Virus record (IMG/VR): IMGVR_UViG_3300025084_000011
Span: 1 to 64,000 of that record
From: a virus
Lineage: Duplodnaviria; Caudoviricetes
DNA length: 64,000 bases
Direction: 5' to 3' (one strand)
Shown here: positions 62,082 through 64,000 of the stretch, one piece after another
Numbering within the stretch: the stretch's first letter is position 1
Layout of the letters: every line of letters starts with the position of its first letter
Program-made: the position numbers and the translations under genes
The notes under the pieces: model-generated
Told to the model about the DNA's origin: nothing
What the model saw: only the letters and a program-made list of their open reading frames with translations
Databases searched by the model: none

Positions 62082-64000
62082 ATGGCCAACACACAGATTT
62101 CACCAGGTGTATTGGTTCAGGAAAGAGATCTTACTAACACTATTAACGCAACGATCGATAACGTTGGCGCTATTGTTGGTACTTTTTCCCAAGGACCCGT
62201 TGAAGAGATCGTAAGCATCTCTTCCGAAAGAGAACTCATTCAAGTATTTGGTGAGCCAAACGAGCAAAACTACGAATATTGGTTTAGTGTCGCACAGTTT
62301 ATGCTGTATGGCGGTACCTGTAAGGTAGTCCGTGCAGACAACTCTGCATTGAAGAACGCGATTGACACTGCAATCTTTACGCAGACAATCTTCTCAGCAG
62401 TTGACGTTACGTTGTCTGTTCAGAACGCTACTGGATTTGATGTCAACGATTTGCTGCTGATTGACGCAGAACTTCTGTCAGTCACTGCTATCACAGGTAA
62501 CGATCTAGATGTTCTCCGTGGTCAGAACGCTACCGCCAACACGTCACACGCTGGTGGTTCACAGATCACCCAGATCAAGACAGTCTCTGGTGCAACTTCA
62601 CCCCTTAACCAAGGTGGTACGCTTGCTGCTAGTGCTACTACACTCACCGTTACTTCTAACGCTGCACTCACCGCTGTAACGAACTCATACATCCAAGTGG
62701 GTGATGAGATCCTGCAAGTTACTGGTATTTCTGGTAACGATCTTACCGTTAGTCGCGCACAACTTGGTTCAACTGCAACTGCTCATACTGATGCAACTGC
62801 TGTTAACCTGTTAGTTGTTAACGTCAACCAGACCAGAATTAACGAGCAAACCAGCACTGGTGTTACTCCTCCTAAGATCAATAACATTGATACTTACGAA
62901 GCAACCACCGAGTATGCTGCCAACAACTGGAAGTTTGCTGCACGTACTCCTGGTACTTATGGTAACAGCATTCGCGTCGTAATGACTGATGCTGGTCCTG
63001 ATCAAGTTCTGTTCCTTTCCGAGCCTGGTCCTTCTGCTGCTGAGTGGCAGATGCTTCCTGGTAAGCACATCTCTTTCTCTGCCTCTTCGATGCAGGGTCA
63101 GATTTTCAGTTACTCCTTGGTTCTTGAACTCAAAGCAGGCGCTGACCTGGTTGGTAAGTTCAAAGCAGATAACTTCTTTACTGCTGACAGTGGTAACGTC
63201 ACTGGACGTATCCTCGCATACGAACCCAAGACTCGTACACTCGAACTGACTGTTGATTCTTCTGCTTCTGGTCACATCGATGTCGATATGGTTCTCACCG
63301 AACTTGCCGATAACGGTGGTTCACCTGGTTCTGCAACTGGTAACACCGCTAAGCCTACTTTGGTTCAGCGTCGTCTTACTGTTGTTAACGATGAAGGCGC
63401 AACTGCTTTCAGCAAGAACATCGTAATCAAAGATTCCAGCACACTCAACGGTGTCATCAACGATGGCGACAATGTTACTATTCTTTCTACCGAAAGTGAG
63501 TACATTTCCAGAGTGTATGGAAACAATCAGAAGTGGTCAAGTCTAGCACCACGTCCTGGTACTAGTGTATGGGCAACTGAGCGTGGTGGTTTCCGCGACT
63601 TGTTCCATATCTTGGTTCTGGATGGCGACGGTGGTATCACTGGTACCCCTGGTGCAATTCTTGAAAAGTTCACTGATGTGTCCAAAGCAGCAGATGCTAA
63701 GACACCCCAAGGTTCTACCCTGTATTACAAGGATGTCATTAAGGCACAGTCCGAGTACATCTTCTGGGGTTCCCACGAAAATACACGCATCTTCGACATT
63801 AATCCTTCACTGACAGGTGACATGGGAGATAACGTGTTGAACAAGAAGTTTGACTTGTTCAAGAATGACTACTCCATCCTTTCCTTGGATGATCCTACTG
63901 GCACAAGTCTGCTGGCACAACCTCTGGTTAACACCAAGAACACCTCTACCTTGAAGTATCAACTTCGCGGTGGTGCTGATGGTTATAGTGCTGAGCGTGA
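62082..64000 (+). CDS. gp18: Tail sheath protein gp18 (runs off the window end)
   Basis: Read manually (absent from the track because it has no stop in the window): MANTQISPGVLVQERDLT...GPVEEI...FGEP...YWF...AARTPGTYGNSIRV. Confidence 0.94.
   Translation, partial: MANTQISPGVLVQERDLTNTINATIDNVGAIVGTFSQGPVEEIVSISSERELIQVFGEPNEQNYEYWFSVAQFMLYGGTCKVVRADNSALKNAIDTAIFTQTIFSAVDVTLSVQNATGFDVNDLLLIDAELLSVTAITGNDLDVLRGQNATANTSHAGGSQITQIKTVSGATSPLNQGGTLAASATTLTVTSNAALTAVTNSYIQVGDEILQVTGISGNDLTVSRAQLGSTATAHTDATAVNLLVVNVNQTRINEQTSTGVTPPKINNIDTYEATTEYAANNWKFAARTPGTYGNSIRVVMTDAGPDQVLFLSEPGPSAAEWQMLPGKHISFSASSMQGQIFSYSLVLELKAGADLVGKFKADNFFTADSGNVTGRILAYEPKTRTLELTVDSSASGHIDVDMVLTELADNGGSPGSATGNTAKPTLVQRRLTVVNDEGATAFSKNIVIKDSSTLNGVINDGDNVTILSTESEYISRVYGNNQKWSSLAPRPGTSVWATERGGFRDLFHILVLDGDGGITGTPGAILEKFTDVSKAADAKTPQGSTLYYKDVIKAQSEYIFWGSHENTRIFDINPSLTGDMGDNVLNKKFDLFKNDYSILSLDDPTGTSLLAQPLVNTKNTSTLKYQLRGGADGYSAER

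Noticed and set aside
1540-63813. The numerous minus-strand and alternative-frame ORFs in the track (60-213 aa)
   Set aside because: They lie wholly or almost wholly within long, motif-supported + strand genes. They lack RBS or promoter context and recognisable motifs, and they are the expected shadows of Gly/Thr/Val-rich codons.

Overview
The window is a 64-kb segment of a T4-like cyanomyovirus (Kyanoviridae-type) genome. All credible genes are on the + strand. It opens with a short early or origin-like region: a sigma70 promoter, small ORFs, TTTTCCACA boxes and a local C-to-G skew switch. The late virion module follows in standard cyanophage order: a large structural protein, PAAR-like spike tip, gp25, gp6, a 6974-aa gp7, a YHYH protein, a gp9/10-type fibre with a cupredoxin tip, gp8, a DUF4815/VrlC-like protein, a 2305-aa fibre, gp13-gp16, small accessory ORFs (including a gnd remnant and an SNase-like nuclease), gp17 and a partial gp18. 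The most striking observation is in gp7 (about 22.7-28.3 kb). It holds about seven repeats whose motif spacing matches phycobiliprotein (globin-fold) subunits, including Cys residues at positions equivalent to both bilin-attachment sites, and the repeats appear nested inside one another. All family assignments come from motifs and synteny recognised by eye; no searches were run. No tRNA, rRNA, CRISPR array, intron, intein or mobile element was seen.
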